Origin: Harriotta raleighana
Taxonomy: Eukaryota
Length of the DNA stretch: 64,000 nt
Direction of reading: 5' to 3'
Assembly: GCA_050575255.1 (NCBI GenBank)
Contig: JBNZDD010013702.1
Span: forward strand, 2,106,353 to 2,170,352
The position numbers were made by a program, and so were the translations under genes. Each line of letters opens with the position of its first letter. Position 1 is the first letter of the stretch. Below are positions 12,155-24,960 of this stretch, in pieces. The notes under the pieces were generated by a model. It was not told where the DNA came from, searched no databases, and saw only the letters and a list, made by a program, of their open reading frames with translations.

Positions 12155-12735
12155 AACCAAAACAAGTTACATTTGTATGGTGCTTTACATATAGGGAGGG
12201 CGTCCCTTGGCGCTGGGCGGTCGGGGATTTGTACCCAAACAGGGGGTTGGGATGGGTGGGACGGGAGGGGTTGAGGGCAGGGAGAGCAGGGGGAGGAGGG
12301 TGGCCAAAGACACGGTCAAAGAGATTCTTGAAAAATACTCTGTAAAAAAATACTCTGCCTTGAAGAAGGTAAGATATGGAGAAGGTTAATGGACTAGATT
12401 TCCAAAGGGTGGAGAGACACAGTGGTGAAGTCCCGACTGCCAATGGTGAGGTGGGCTGGGCGGGAGACATGGAACAGGCCGTAGCCTGCTGAGCAGAGGG
12501 AGCGGACAGATTGATATGGGGGTACCAGGTCAGAGATAGGGAGGAGCAAGACCATAAAGCCAGGACAAGGATTTTGAACTCTATTCTCTGCAGGATAGGG
12601 AGCCAACGGAACCGGGTGAGGATGATAGGGAGCCTGGAGCAGGAGAGGATATAAGATGCAGAGTTCTAGATGATCTGTAACTTATGGAAGGAAGAGTTGG
12701 GAAGACCGACAAGCAGGGAGTTATTGTCCATGAGC
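12155..12735 (-). mobile_element. L2-clade LINE 3' fragment
   Basis: Inverted homologue of 34890-35532: SRL...SLL..LPNSS.HKLQII remnant, pyrimidine-rich 3' region and terminal ...aaatgtaacttgttttg tail. Confidence 0.8.
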
Positions 12736-13392
12736 CTAGATGCGATAATACAATCTCTGATGCATTGCTTTGGTTGCACAAGTATTTTACAGAGACAGTT
12801 GCTTTTTATGAGTCAAGGCAAACTGGACAGAAAACTAGAAACAGCCAATCTCTCAACGTTCACTTCAATTTACCTGAACCTCTGTCACTTTCAAGATAAT
12901 AATACTCCTTATATTTAATGCAACTCATTATACATCACTGAGACGTCTCAAAGAGCTGCACAGGCTTTACGGTAAGGTAGTTCTGCTCATTTGTGCAGTT
13001 TGAATGCTCATTGTGTGCATTCAAACTGCACCCAGGAATGAATGTCCCACAAACAGCCATGAAGTAAGTGACAGATTTTAACTGGAGATTCCAAGGAGAC
13101 AGGGTTTACAGACTGATATTGCATTCTGAATTCTCATCATAGCAGCATGGGACTTGTGTTTCTTATCAAGTGGTTTACTAATGAGGGAAGGACAAACAAA
13201 TACTCGCTAAAGCAACCTTCAGTTTGATGCACTGTAAAGTTCAGATAGTCACTTGCCCATTAAAAACAAGTGCTGTTTTCCAGCGGGGGAGGCATCAAAT
13301 AAAAATAAAACTCAATCTGACTCTGCCTCTCGTTAGCGCTGGCCATCTCTCCAAATTTTGAACATAGAAGCACATTCCAGCATAATGATTGA

Positions 13393-14215
13393 ACAACAAC
13401 AAATTACATTTGTAACGCGCCTTTCATGTTGGAAGGCCGCCCCAAGGCGCTGGACAGTGAAAGATTTGCATCCGAGCTGGGGTTGGGATCAGGAGGGGTG
13501 AGGGGTAACACAGTAACTAAAGACAGAGTTAAAGAGGAGGGATTTGAGATGAGCTTTGAATAAGGCAAGGGAGGGGGACGAGGCAAAGAGACTGTGGAAT
13601 TCCAAAGACAACAACAACTTTGCATTTATGGAGCTCCTGTGGCTCATTGGTTAGAGCACTCGCCTTACATGCCTTGTAAGCATGAGACCTGTGTTCGAAT
13701 CCAGGCAGATCAGGGAGAAACCTTGGGCAAGTTTCCTTACTCCACATGCCTAATAATAATCCCTCCAAAAAAAACTACAATAATAAAATTGTTCATTTCA
13801 ATCTATGACTGTTTGTGGGACGCTGCTGTGCGCAATTGGCTGCCGCATTCCGCCCACAAATATACAGTCAATTCACTTTACAGTATATTCTGTGAAGCGC
13901 TTTGGGACATTGATAAGATGTGAAAAGCGCTATATCAAATGCAAGGATTATTATTATTATTTATATGGTAGGTCACAGTGGTTGGGAAGAGGAAGGCCGT
14001 GGAGCACTAAGGCAAGGACAAGGATTTTGAACTCATTCCTCTGGGGAATGGGGAGCCAGTGGAGCCGAGTGAGCATGAAGATGATAGGTTAATGGAGCTC
14101 GGAGCAGGAGAGGATACGAGCTGCAGAGTTCTGAATAATCTGCAGCTTGTAGAAGGCAGAGTTGGGAAGGTCGATATGCAGAGAGCTAGAGTAATCAGAT
14201 GACATACTTTGAAAA
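13393..14215 (-). mobile_element. L2 LINE 3' fragment interrupted by a SINE
   Basis: Tail caacaacaaattacatttgtaacgcgcctttcatg at the left; LPNSAFYKLQIIQNSAARIL remnant at 14100-14200; SINE inserted at 13630-13960. Confidence 0.8.
13630..13960 (+). mobile_element. Full-length tRNA-derived SINE
   Basis: GGAGCTCCTGTGGCTCATTGGTTAGAGC...GTTCGAATCC head, Deu-like core, (ATT)n tail; ATTTAT on both sides is a possible TSD; very similar to 59331-59650. Confidence 0.92.
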
Positions 14216-14434
14216 GAATAATCAGGAAGAGGTAGAAAGCCAAGAGAAGTATTTGCTGGAAACTTAACTGACATTTTCCTCAGCTAAAACGCAGCGCAAA
14301 CAATTGGAGTTCTGAATTCCATGTCTTTACAGTACACAAATTTCCATAAATTTCATCCAAAAATGTGACCTGAGCTCACAATGAGTGTGATCTTGACAAG
14401 CTTGATGGCTAAGTGGCACTCACATCTACAGATT

Positions 14435-14800
14435 GAATAATAACAACGCTTGCATTTGATATAGCGCCATATCAGGTCTTTTGAGACATCTCAAAAGCGC
14501 TTCACAGAATATACTGTAAATAATAATAAACCTTGCATTTGATATAGTGCTTTTCACTTATTCCCTAACAGCAACAACAAATTTACACTTGTATAGCACC
14601 TTTCACACCAGGAGGATATCTCAAAGCACTTTACAGAATATACTGTAAAGTGAATTGACTGTATATTTGTGGGCGAAACATGGAACCAATTACGCACAAC
14701 AATGTACCACAAACAGTCATGGATTGAAATGACCAATTTATTATTGTTTGTTTTCAGGGGATTATTATTAGTCATGTAGAGTAAGGAAACTTTCCCAGGA
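14435..14800 (-). mobile_element. Cluster of stacked SINE and L2 3' tails
   Basis: Three successive tail motifs (cttgcatttgatatag twice, atttacacttgtatagcacc once) followed by a headless SINE body. Confidence 0.75.
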
Positions 14801-16769
14801 TGAAGTGAATTGAATGTACATTTTGTGAACACTAAAACTGTTCAGCTGCATGAGTCTCCTGCTGGGAGATTGGATAGGGAAGAACTGAAGGTATTTTTGT
14901 TTTCAAACAGAACAAACCTATAATTATTATATTCCTTAGGGATATTAAGAACAGCTCACATCTCCCTTATGCACCTGCCCTCAAAGGGGCAGCATTGCAG
15001 ACCAAAATGTGTTGATCATTCTCCAGCCAGATGATCATGCTATCCTCTCACAGCCTTTCACTCACATCAGTTCATATTCGAGAATGTCGTAAGACTTCGA
15101 AAGAAAATTCCAGAGGTTCTGTTCACACCCACAGACCGTTCAAGGTTTGCTCCTGTGGTTAACAAGTCACCTCAACCCTCAGGAACATGGGCCAACACAC
15201 TCCCATAAACACCAGATTATACAGCCTTCTTAATTCCTTCAATATGTGAACACACAGCGCGGGTGGGATGTCCGACTCGATCCAGCTTCAATTCCTTTTT
15301 TTCCCACAAAAGCTGATGGTAAAATGCTTTGCAGTGAAAAGGCTGATTACATATAAACCATAAAAGTCTTCTGAAAAACAAAAGTACTGTAATCCTATAG
15401 CCAACACCTCTGTTTCTCAGAGCCACTGAGGACAACTCACAATTTGTAGCATGAAACGAGCCAGCACAGGCACGAAGGGCTGAATGGAATCTTCTAAATT
15501 AATGCTCAGCTACTGTCACTTCAAGAACCTTGAGTGCCCTATGCTGATACTCAACTACAAAACCAGTAAGAATATCAGAGTGCCCTATGCTGAAACTATA
15601 AGTGATTCCAGTGATTCTCACTGGTCTGGACTTGATGGGATTTCCCTTGATTTCTTTATGCTGAGCGTTTCCCCAGCAGCAGACAAAGATCTCAGCAATG
15701 CTTTTCAAACCTCACTGTGGTATATGCAAATGTAAACTTCCGGAGGGAAAACTGGCCACGTGATTTTTATTAACCTAAAATTCTCTGCGTTTTTTCCATA
15801 TGAATCCTGTCTGTGGTCAGGACGTGCCACACATTTAGTCTTTTCTCTTTACACAATTTTCAGTGTAAAAGATCGTAAAATCCTTTAACCATCCAAATGA
15901 CATTCCTGTGGGCAACCAGTCAGTCCAACCTGGATTACGTGATGAGAAAAGTTATAATGTTACAAGGTGAACAGTCAGTTTGATGTTACATCTCAACCGT
16001 GAACAGTTAATAGAAAATTTAAGATATACAATCAGTCTGGAATCTGCTGATATTTTTTCCTGCTGACCAACCTACAGTTGGGCAATTCACTTCAGTTTAA
16101 AGAAATACAAGATTTGTTTGCAAAGATTTCTGCAGAGTATACAGCATGGATACAGGTAACAACAAGTCCTGCTTACATCCTTAACTCCTACCCTTTGTTT
16201 TCAGTTTCCTAACCATTCTTTAATGCATTCTGTTACCCCTACTGTAGCAACGCATGGAGCACTTTATCAAAGGCCTTCTGGAAACCCACATACACTGCAA
16301 TTCCCTTGTTTATCTTATTATTATTATTCAAAGCATTCAATAAGATTGGTCAAGCATGACATTTCTTTCCTGTTAGGTTAAAGAGCTGAGCCAGGAGCAA
16401 TGCCTGCTTTTGAGCTACATTTCTGAGGTCAGGGATTAAACAGAACTTCAAACTTGCAGAGATTTTCTTTTCTCTCAGTAAACTGGCGAACAGTCACTGC
16501 CGGGATTGGATGCAAGAAACCTAACAATAGATTCATCATGTATCACAGCTTCCTACAGACCAGCTGTTAAAGACACTTTCCTAAGATCAGTTTGCTTCCA
16601 GTTCTTTGCCGGTTTTGTTTGTGGTTATTTTTAGATTGGAATATAGATTATGACTCAGGGAGGTTTGGAAGAGATGGTTGTCAGTGGGTGGTTAGGGTAC
16701 AACAACCACCAAAGTTCATTTACGTCGCGAGGACTTAAAGAGCTAAGTGAAAAGTATCTATGAGAGCAG

Positions 16770-17110
16770 CAATAAATTGCATTTATATAATATCCCTCAT
16801 GCAGTGTAGTGTCCCAGAGTGTTTGACAGTGGCAGAGCCAGGGGGAGGGAGAGGTGACTGCAGGCATAGTCAAAGAGGTAGGTCTTCAGGTCGATTTGAA
16901 GATGTGGAAGGATGGGGCAAGGCAGAGGAATAGAGGAAGTGTGTTCCAGAGTTTCGGGGCAAAGCGGTTGAAAGCGTGGCCACCGATGGTGGAATGGAGG
17001 AAGAGGTGAGGGCCAAGGGAGGGGGTGCTTGGGAAGATGACCAAAAGTACGGTCAAAGAGGAAGTTCTTGACACAGACCTTGAGGGAGCCGAGGGGATAG
17101 AAAGGCTAAA
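16770..17110 (-). mobile_element. L2 LINE 3' fragment
   Basis: TIGGHAFNRFAPKLWNTLP remnant (G.RAFS..AP.LWN.LP motif) and ttgcatttatata tail. Confidence 0.75.
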
Positions 17111-18014
17111 GGATGGACTGCCAAACCCTAACCCAAATTTTAAATGGCAGGTAGGATATTGGACTTGAAGCAGGTCTGTGTCTGCTGAGTGGAGGGCAGG
17201 TCAGTGACAAAGTCTGTTGGGTATTTAAAAATAAACTGGACAAGCATATTCCATAGAAGGTTAGAGGATATAGAAAAGAGGAGGGTGTGGAGAAAAATAG
17301 GGAATCCAGCTCAGAAGATGGCCATTTGGTCCATCGTACCTATGCTGCTGCTTGAAAGAACAATCCATTCAGTTCCAGTGAGCTACACTCCCCCACCACG
17401 TTCCTTGGCCCTCCCCTGAATCCAGCTGCTTACCACTTTTTAAATATCTTTCTGCTTATATTCTGAAAGCCAATACAGATCTTGCTTCAATCACCAGATC
17501 CAGATTCACATCCTAACACTCTGCAAAAATTCCTCCAAACTGTTGGTTTGCTGTTTAGTTGAGAATGCATTCAATTTGGAATCAGTGTAGTTTTGTTTCC
17601 TCTCTGGGCTCACAAAAGATCAATCACTTATTTGTGTTGTGACTATGGCATGTGCTGTGCTAAATCCTCTAATCCTTGGCTCTGCACTTGTTGCTTTGCA
17701 GTTAGTCTCTTAAAATTTCCTTGGAGAATAATAACTAGTAAATTGACATCCATTCAACTATAGTTCACTCATTTGAATTTACACAGGATCAGAAACATTT
17801 CCATTCCTAGGATCAAAGAAACATCCTCTACTATGTGCGACATATTGAAGTTCACTGATATTTAATTCTAAAATTTCAGTATCAGTCCCGACAATTTCAC
17901 CTACACAAATCCTAATCTGCTAATGTGTTGCCTAACCAGATCAGGTTCATCCCTCATTATTCGCTTACCAGTCACTGTAAAGGTTGTTTTATTCTTAAAA
18001 ATGGCATCCTATTA

Positions 18015-18287
<273 letters not shown>

Positions 18288-18596
18288 TTACATCCAGATA
18301 TTTTGTACACATCTAACATTTCATCTTTTTATCCAATGTAATGATATCCAACAAGCTCTTACAGAAATATCTTACAAAAAGACAATATCTTATGAAAAGT
18401 CTTGCCGGTTCACACCTTAAATCAGTAATTCATAGGGCTTTCTAATTTGCTTCGAATCGAGGAAAACAAATGCCCGTTTTTAATTATTTTAAAAACATAT
18501 TGTTTGAACTACAAAAAATGGGCAACTTCCAGGTTGTAAAGGCCACATAGACATACTTCCTTGATGATAATGGTTATAAGGTATCAAGATATAAAG

Positions 18597-18953
18597 CATC
18601 CGTGACCCGATCAACCGGATTGCTTGGTCCCCTCAAGGGGCAATTCCCCATTCCAGGAATCGCGAGTTTGCTCATTTTGTGCATGCGTGCAATGCATGCA
18701 CATGCGCACTTATTATACGTACGCACTTGAGTTTTTTTTTTACAGATTTTTTCTCGACTGTGCTGGAATACTTTATTGGTAAGTATCTATACAATTTATA
18801 TTATTATTTAGTCTGTTATTAACATGTATGTTTTAAAATAAGTTAATTTTTTAATGTTGGGTTTTCGGCAACTTGTCCCTCGTTTATCCGGCACAGTCAA
18901 TTAGTTGACCCCCCTCCCACCCCCCAGCGTGCCGGATAAACAAGGTTTTACTG
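18597..18953. mobile_element. Tc1/mariner-pogo MITE family A, left TIR eroded
   Basis: Ends GCCGGATAAACAAGGTTTTACTG|TA; internal sequence matches 42131-42478. Confidence 0.85.
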
Positions 18954-18989
18954 TACAACATAACCTTCAACAGTGAATTAATGAAAATG

Positions 18990-19342
18990 GTTCACTCCCA
19001 CCCTCGCCCGGCTCCATTGGCTCCCGCCCCCTCAGTTCAGTGGACACCAGCCTATTCCATGTTCCCAGCCCGACCCACCCTACCATCGATGGATGGGCTT
19101 TCAGCCTCTCTGCCCCACACTCTGGAACTCCATCCCACATAGCCTTCGCCTTGCTCCCTCCCTCGCCTCCTTCAAGTCCCTCCTCTTTGAGTGTGCCTGC
19201 TGCCTTCCCAACTCTCTCCCGCTCCTCCCCCCCTTCCTTACCCCTCTCCCTTGCTCGGGTCCCGTCCTGACTGTTCAGTGCCTTAGGACGTCTTCCCGAC
19301 GTGAAAGGCACTCTATAAATGTAAATTTGTTATTGTTGTTGC
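18990..19342 (+). mobile_element. L2 LINE 3' end
   Basis: TIDGWAFSLSAP.LWNSIPHSLRLAPSLASFKSLL remnant, then cagtgccttaggacgtc...gacgtgaaaggcactctataaatgtaaattt(gtt)n tail. Confidence 0.85.
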
Positions 19343-19673
19343 TAACTGCATGAAATAATGTGTGCACTCTCTGCCAGATATTCCCTCTCCAGTGTTGTTG
19401 GAACTTTATTGACTGAGATACTATGGGAAAATGATGCAATAGAAGTTTCTCAGTTCCTGTGTAATGTTAGTCACTTTGGACATTAATTTCATTACTCAAA
19501 TGAGGATGTTGTGGATGTTAGTTTTATATAGGAACTGGCAGTCCACAATCATTACAGCAGGGATAAAGTGATTAATCAGCCCTGAGTCTGAGTCAAGATG
19601 AGTACGGTTACGGAACAGCTCTTAACAATCAGAGAATTAGCAAAATGTAAGAATACACGTGAATCAGACATAC

Positions 19674-19736
19674 TGCATCAAGTTGTTTCCAACAGCTGTC
19701 TATTAGCTGCTGCTCCCTTCGTCCTTCATGGAAATG
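19674..19736 (-). CDS. FNBP1: FNBP1 coding exon 5 equivalent
   Basis: ttttctctttcag|CAT TTC CAT GAA GGA...GAT GCA|gtatgt; 63 nt; [21 protein letters not shown] (human [21 protein letters not shown]). Not in the ORF track. Confidence 0.94.
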
Positions 19737-20783
19737 CTGAAAGAGAAAAAACATACATTAATATCTGCCCAATAAGATACTCTGGGATCTTCAATGGAAC
19801 AAATCCATACAAGTAAAAATTTTGCGGGATAATTTTTTTTAGAGAGCAATTATAGTATTCCACAAGTAATTACAGAGATTGCAGATCACCCATGTTGTTT
19901 ATATGCAAGGGGATCCAAAACGCAAGTGTCACAGGGCTGGGAATCCAGGGAAAAAGAGAGAAGACAATGAAGAGCAGCATTTTACTATGCACTATTGTCT
20001 ACCGAGTTTCGCCCACAAAATACAGTCACTACATTTTACTGTATATTCTGTGAAGCGCTTTGAGACATCTCACAGATGTGGTAAGTCACTATATCAATTG
20101 CAAGCTCTATTATTATTATCACTAGTACTACAGAGACAGTGCAACTCCTGATGGAACAACTTCTTAAGTTCCAATGTCTATTTTTGTGTCATCCAGTTAT
20201 CTGCACTGTGTCCTTCTCCAGTGGCGCTGACGTCAATTAGTGCAAACTCTAAATTCTTGACCGTGCTGTTGATTACAGTGAATGTGAGAACCATAGCAGC
20301 TCAGACAATGATGCATTTCCCCAACACTGCATGTCAGCTCATGTACTTGAATGCACAGTCTTCTGACCCAAGAGACGAGAGTGCAACCAACTCAGCCACA
20401 AATCAATTGCACAATAAACTAACCTACAGCTAAACTTGTGGGTTTCTTGTTAATCAGGAACAGGAATGCACTCTCGTTTGTGTCAGTGAAGTGTGATATA
20501 CAGGTAGATTTGCTTATAAACCTTTTGTGATCCTGACAGAAAAGAGAATCCAAATATACAGTAAAAGCCTGTTTATCCAGCACCCAACCAATCAGAACAN
20601 ATCAGGAACAGGAATGCACTCTCGTTTGTGTCAGTGAAGTGTGATATACAGGTAGATNTAATCAGGAACAGGAATGCACTCTCGTTTGTGTCAGTGAAGT
20701 GTGATATACACTTTTTGTGATCCTGACAGAAACCTTGCTTATAAACCTTTTGTGATCCTGACAGAAAAGAGAATCCAAATATA

Positions 20784-21158
20784 CAGTAAAAGCCTGTTTA
20801 TCCAGCACCCAACCAATCAGAACAATCAACCCCCAACAGGTTGCCTCCCGATACAATTCACCATTCCAGCAATCGCGAGTATGTTCACTTTGAGCATATG
20901 TGCAATGCGTGCGCATGCACACTTACTTACGAATGCTGGAATGCTTTTTTCCCCAATCTTTTTACCGAGTGTGCTGGATTGCTTTATTGGTAAGTATCCA
21001 TACAATATTCTGAATCTATTTAGTCTATTATTAATATGGTATGTTTTAAAATAAGTTAATTTTTTTTGTGTTGGGTTTCAAGCAATTTGCCACCCGAATA
21101 TCCAGCATATTCAATTAACCCACCCCCTCAAGGGTGCCAGAAACACAGGCTTTTACTG
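20784..21158. mobile_element. Tc1/mariner-pogo MITE (family A variant)
   Basis: TA|CAGTAAAAGCCTGTTT...CAGGCTTTTACTG|TA; TIRs plus TA duplication. Confidence 0.88.
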
Positions 21159-21674
21159 TATATGAAACTGGGCAATGGCAATATCTCACCACCCCAAATA
21201 TACCTAGGCACATTGTTATTTTCTTTATCTGCTCCAATTAACAGCAAGATTTAAAGGATCCATTTGATGCAACCTAGTGGAACGATAATTTAAAAATAAA
21301 ATTGTGAGGTACAGCTGCTGCAATAGGAAATGGTGTGGGCTGAGATCCACACCACGTCAGCACACAGGTTTGCTGCTTCCATTGCTTTGAAGACTGCAGA
21401 TATGACAAAGAAATAGAGCTGGATATGAAAATAATATGGAAGATGAATAGAATTTTTCCATTTCCATTGGAATTTCCTTGCATTTTTTGTACAAAAAAAT
21501 GCCCAGTACAGAAAGAATAAAATTATTGTGATACTGTATTTAGTTTAGCAATAAAAAAAAACAAGAGCTCCAACTGCTGCATGTCACAGTACAATATTTT
21601 TATTTTATCTCTTTGAACAACGAGGATTAGTTTTAGGGCTCCTTGGACTGATGCAGCAGAGAATGAAAATCACA

Positions 21675-22009
21675 ATAATAATATAAATAATCCTTGCATT
21701 TTGATATAGCACATTTCACATCTTGTAGATGTCTCAAAGCACTTCACAGAATATATTGTAAAGTTAATTGACTGCATATATGTGGGCGAAATGCAGCAGC
21801 CAATTGCGCACAGCAGTGTCCCACAAACAGTTATGTTGAAATGACCAATTTTATTATTGTGTTTATTTTGGAGGGATTATTATTAGGCGTAAAGAAGAAG
21901 TATTAGTAGTAAGGAAACTTGCCCACGGTTTCGCTCTGAACTGCCTGGATTCGAACACAGATCTCACCCTTGTAAGCCGAGTGCTCTAACCACTGGGCAA
22001 CAGGACTCC
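21675..22009 (-). mobile_element. Full-length tRNA-derived SINE
   Basis: Reverse complement of head (GGAGTCCTGTTGCCCAGTGGTTAGAGC...GTTCGAATCC), core and tail. Confidence 0.9.
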
Positions 22010-22609
22010 ATGATATACAAACGATTTGGATAAAAACACTGAAAAAAAATGATAGAGAGAACAGGGAGCAGAGAAAGCAAAAGAAAAATGACAGGGCAAG
22101 TCCAGATAAAGCTTTCAAAAAGGTTTTATTTAATAGTTTAAAAAGTATTTTTGACTTTGTTTTATCTTCGTCTCAAGGAGCATCCTCCTCCCCCATCCAT
22201 GTCCCTTCCCACCTACCCTCGACTGTCTACACCACCCACTCCATCAGGCATGGCTCCGACTTTCCTCTCCCAAACACCTTTGTACTTCATTTCTCCCACC
22301 TCCCCATCAGCCACCATCTTCCTCTTGAAGTCCACCACTGCTGCCTCAACCTCCTTCCCAAAGTCTGACTCTCCAAGAGAGCTAGCTAGCTAGCTGTGTG
22401 GACACATCAGCTCCATAGCAACTGGTTCCTTTTTACACTAGTAACTTCCTATATCACTATCATCCTGAGTAAACAGAGGTTGTTTCCCTAGATTTCCTTC
22501 CAGCAGATGGGTGCTGACTGGACTGGAGCATTCTGGACTACAAAGCCATGTTTAAGTGTCGCACGATTTTCTGTACCAGTGTTCAATCACGTGGAATGTT
22601 AACACTGTC

Positions 22610-22950
22610 CCAGCAGGTTTGCTCAATTGGCAGCATTCTCAAACCCCAGACAAAATGCGATAGGCCAACCCAAGCGCTGCAGTGTTACATGTACTGTCCT
22701 TTGCCTAGGTGTTAACCCGAGGTCCAGTCCTCATTTTCAAGACAACATAAAGATCGAGGTTGCTTTCAGTTAAACCAACGATGCAGATTAGTTGATCGTG
22801 GCTGTCCGTTGGCCTTTGCCGTGTGCAATTGGGATGCCACATTTCCTACAAAAATCAGTTTTTGTAGGAAATGTGTACACATGACAGTGATTCCCCATGA
22901 ATCACTGTGAAACATTTTAACCTTAGAGGAGCAATATTAAATGCAAGGAA
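22610..22950 (+). mobile_element. Old DeuSINE-like copy with longer Deu domain
   Basis: gctcaattggcagcattctc head, gcgctgcagtgtt...gtgttaacccgagg Deu-like blocks, gtgtgcaattggg.tgccacatttcc core and aaatgcaagg tail. Confidence 0.65.
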
Positions 22951-24339
22951 TATTTAATTTTGATTGCATTAACCATATATTACTCTTATTATATATTGGA
23001 ACTCCCTCTCAAAATACCTAACTTTAACAAAACCACAGCAGTGACAGATGATACAGTTTCTGCCTCAGCCTCTGGGGCCTTTCTGCAGCTCTGGCAGTCT
23101 ATTTTCCTAAACTCTCACTTTGTGGTCAAATTAAAAAAAACATAAACCTCTTCAATTTTCCTGTCCCTGCGGAGCTACTGCAGAATAGAACTGGCCACGA
23201 GAAAACCTCTCCAAAATCATCATATACATCATTTTCCGTTATAAATAGATACGAGCAAGAGATCCAATACGGGAAATTAGTGTAATGTAGCACTTTCTGG
23301 GCTATAAGCACAAGTCACTTTTCTTCATTCCAGCTGCATTTTAATGCATGGGAATCACCAGATCCAGTGAAGTTTTCCCACTGAACAAGCAGATAACCCA
23401 GCAATAAATACCATATATATGATGTTGCACACTGCATTCACACTGAATTTAGGGCACTTAACTGCATCATACTGAAGCCATCTGGCCAAGATAACAGGAT
23501 TCAGTCACTGCCAAGGAGCCGTTTCTGATGCTTTGAAAAGCGAGTTTACAATGGAAACTCACAAATCAGGTCAGCAAAAGGGCTGTGGAATGCTGACCAC
23601 ATTAGTGGGCCTGATCTCACTAATGAGTACATATTATATAATGTTGAAGTGAAAGCAACTGGAAAATACTGACCCACTTCAGCGAGTTGAGCACATTCAT
23701 GGGGCGACATTAAGGTGAGTTTTCACTGGGAAGGAAATGTTTATGGAAAACTGATTCAGATAATAGATGATTGAATATATTGTTCCTGTGCTCTTAACAG
23801 AGGAAAGGTTTGGAGGGAGAGCTTTCCTTATCAAGAGCTCGCCCACACCATAAGTCGGTATTCATTGAACACTTTGAAAAGGTAACCAATAAAATAAATA
23901 ATTCTTCATAGAGCATCTTTCACATCTCAAAGTATCTATCTCAATTGATATTACGAAGATTAGTGATTATGTATCTTGTGGATGAATGCAGAAACTAATT
24001 TGTGCACAGAAATGACCCACAAATAGCCATGAAATAAATAACCTTTATTAAAAAATACAATTGAGGAAATGCTGGCCAGGACACCAGCAGAAACTCCATT
24101 CTATTTCAGAAAAGAGCCATGGAATTGTAAAAGGCACTCTATAAATGTAATTTTGTTGTTGTTATCAGCTTAAGAGTCTCTGAGAATTCAAAGTCCTAAT
24201 GTGAGGCTTGAACACAGAACCTCTTAATTCAGAGGCAAGTTTACAACCACCTGAGCCAAACTGACACCCATGTAGATAAGAGCGATGCCGTAGATGTTTA
24301 ATTGGCTGTTAGGAAGGCTTTGCTAAAATAAAGCCCCTT

Positions 24340-24960
24340 TTTGTGGTCAGCCAGATGTCTGACACATGCATCAACATATTACAATGCTTAAAGAGCATCT
24401 AAACCAGACACGAGTCCCACTTACACATGGACATTCCAATTTCTCAAATGGAAAGCGCACCCTGAAGAGATGCACCCTTAATTCAACATAATACCAGACA
24501 TAGCTTTGCGAGAGAAAAGGCTTAGAAACCTCAGAATACACTGAAGTTCTATTGGAATTTAACCAGGAAAACGACATACAGTACTACAGAAATCACTGTC
24601 TGGCAAGCTTCTCATTGCTTCTCCAGCTAGGGCCACCCTACCCATTAGGGCTTTTGCTTGCCTGATTAACAGTGGGAAGAATCCTTGTTCCCAGGGATGG
24701 CTGATGGCAAGACTAACAAGACCGCCACAGAAGACATACTCAAATTCTAACATTCCGTTGACAAGCAGAACACCTTGGAACTAGTTTTGGTCTAAGGAGG
24801 CCCATTTCTCCTGCCCAGTGACTGGTCAATCTTTCTGATGATATGCTGTCATCAGCAGTGCCCTGGAATGCTGCGGACTCAGGAACCAGACTACTGAGAC
24901 CACCACAAATGGCTGGCTCGATTCCGGCATCCATTGCCAGGCATGTTACCTTAGAGCCAG
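24340..24960 (-). repeat. Old unclassified interspersed repeat, copy 2
   Basis: Shares tcatcagcagtg.ccct, ctcaggaa.c.gactactgaga.ccaccac and tgggaa.aatcc blocks with 28410-29090. Confidence 0.65.

Noticed and set aside
21360-21430. WKQ-containing frame resembling exon 5
   Set aside because: No surrounding similarity or suitable splice sites; the true exon 5 is at 19674-19736.
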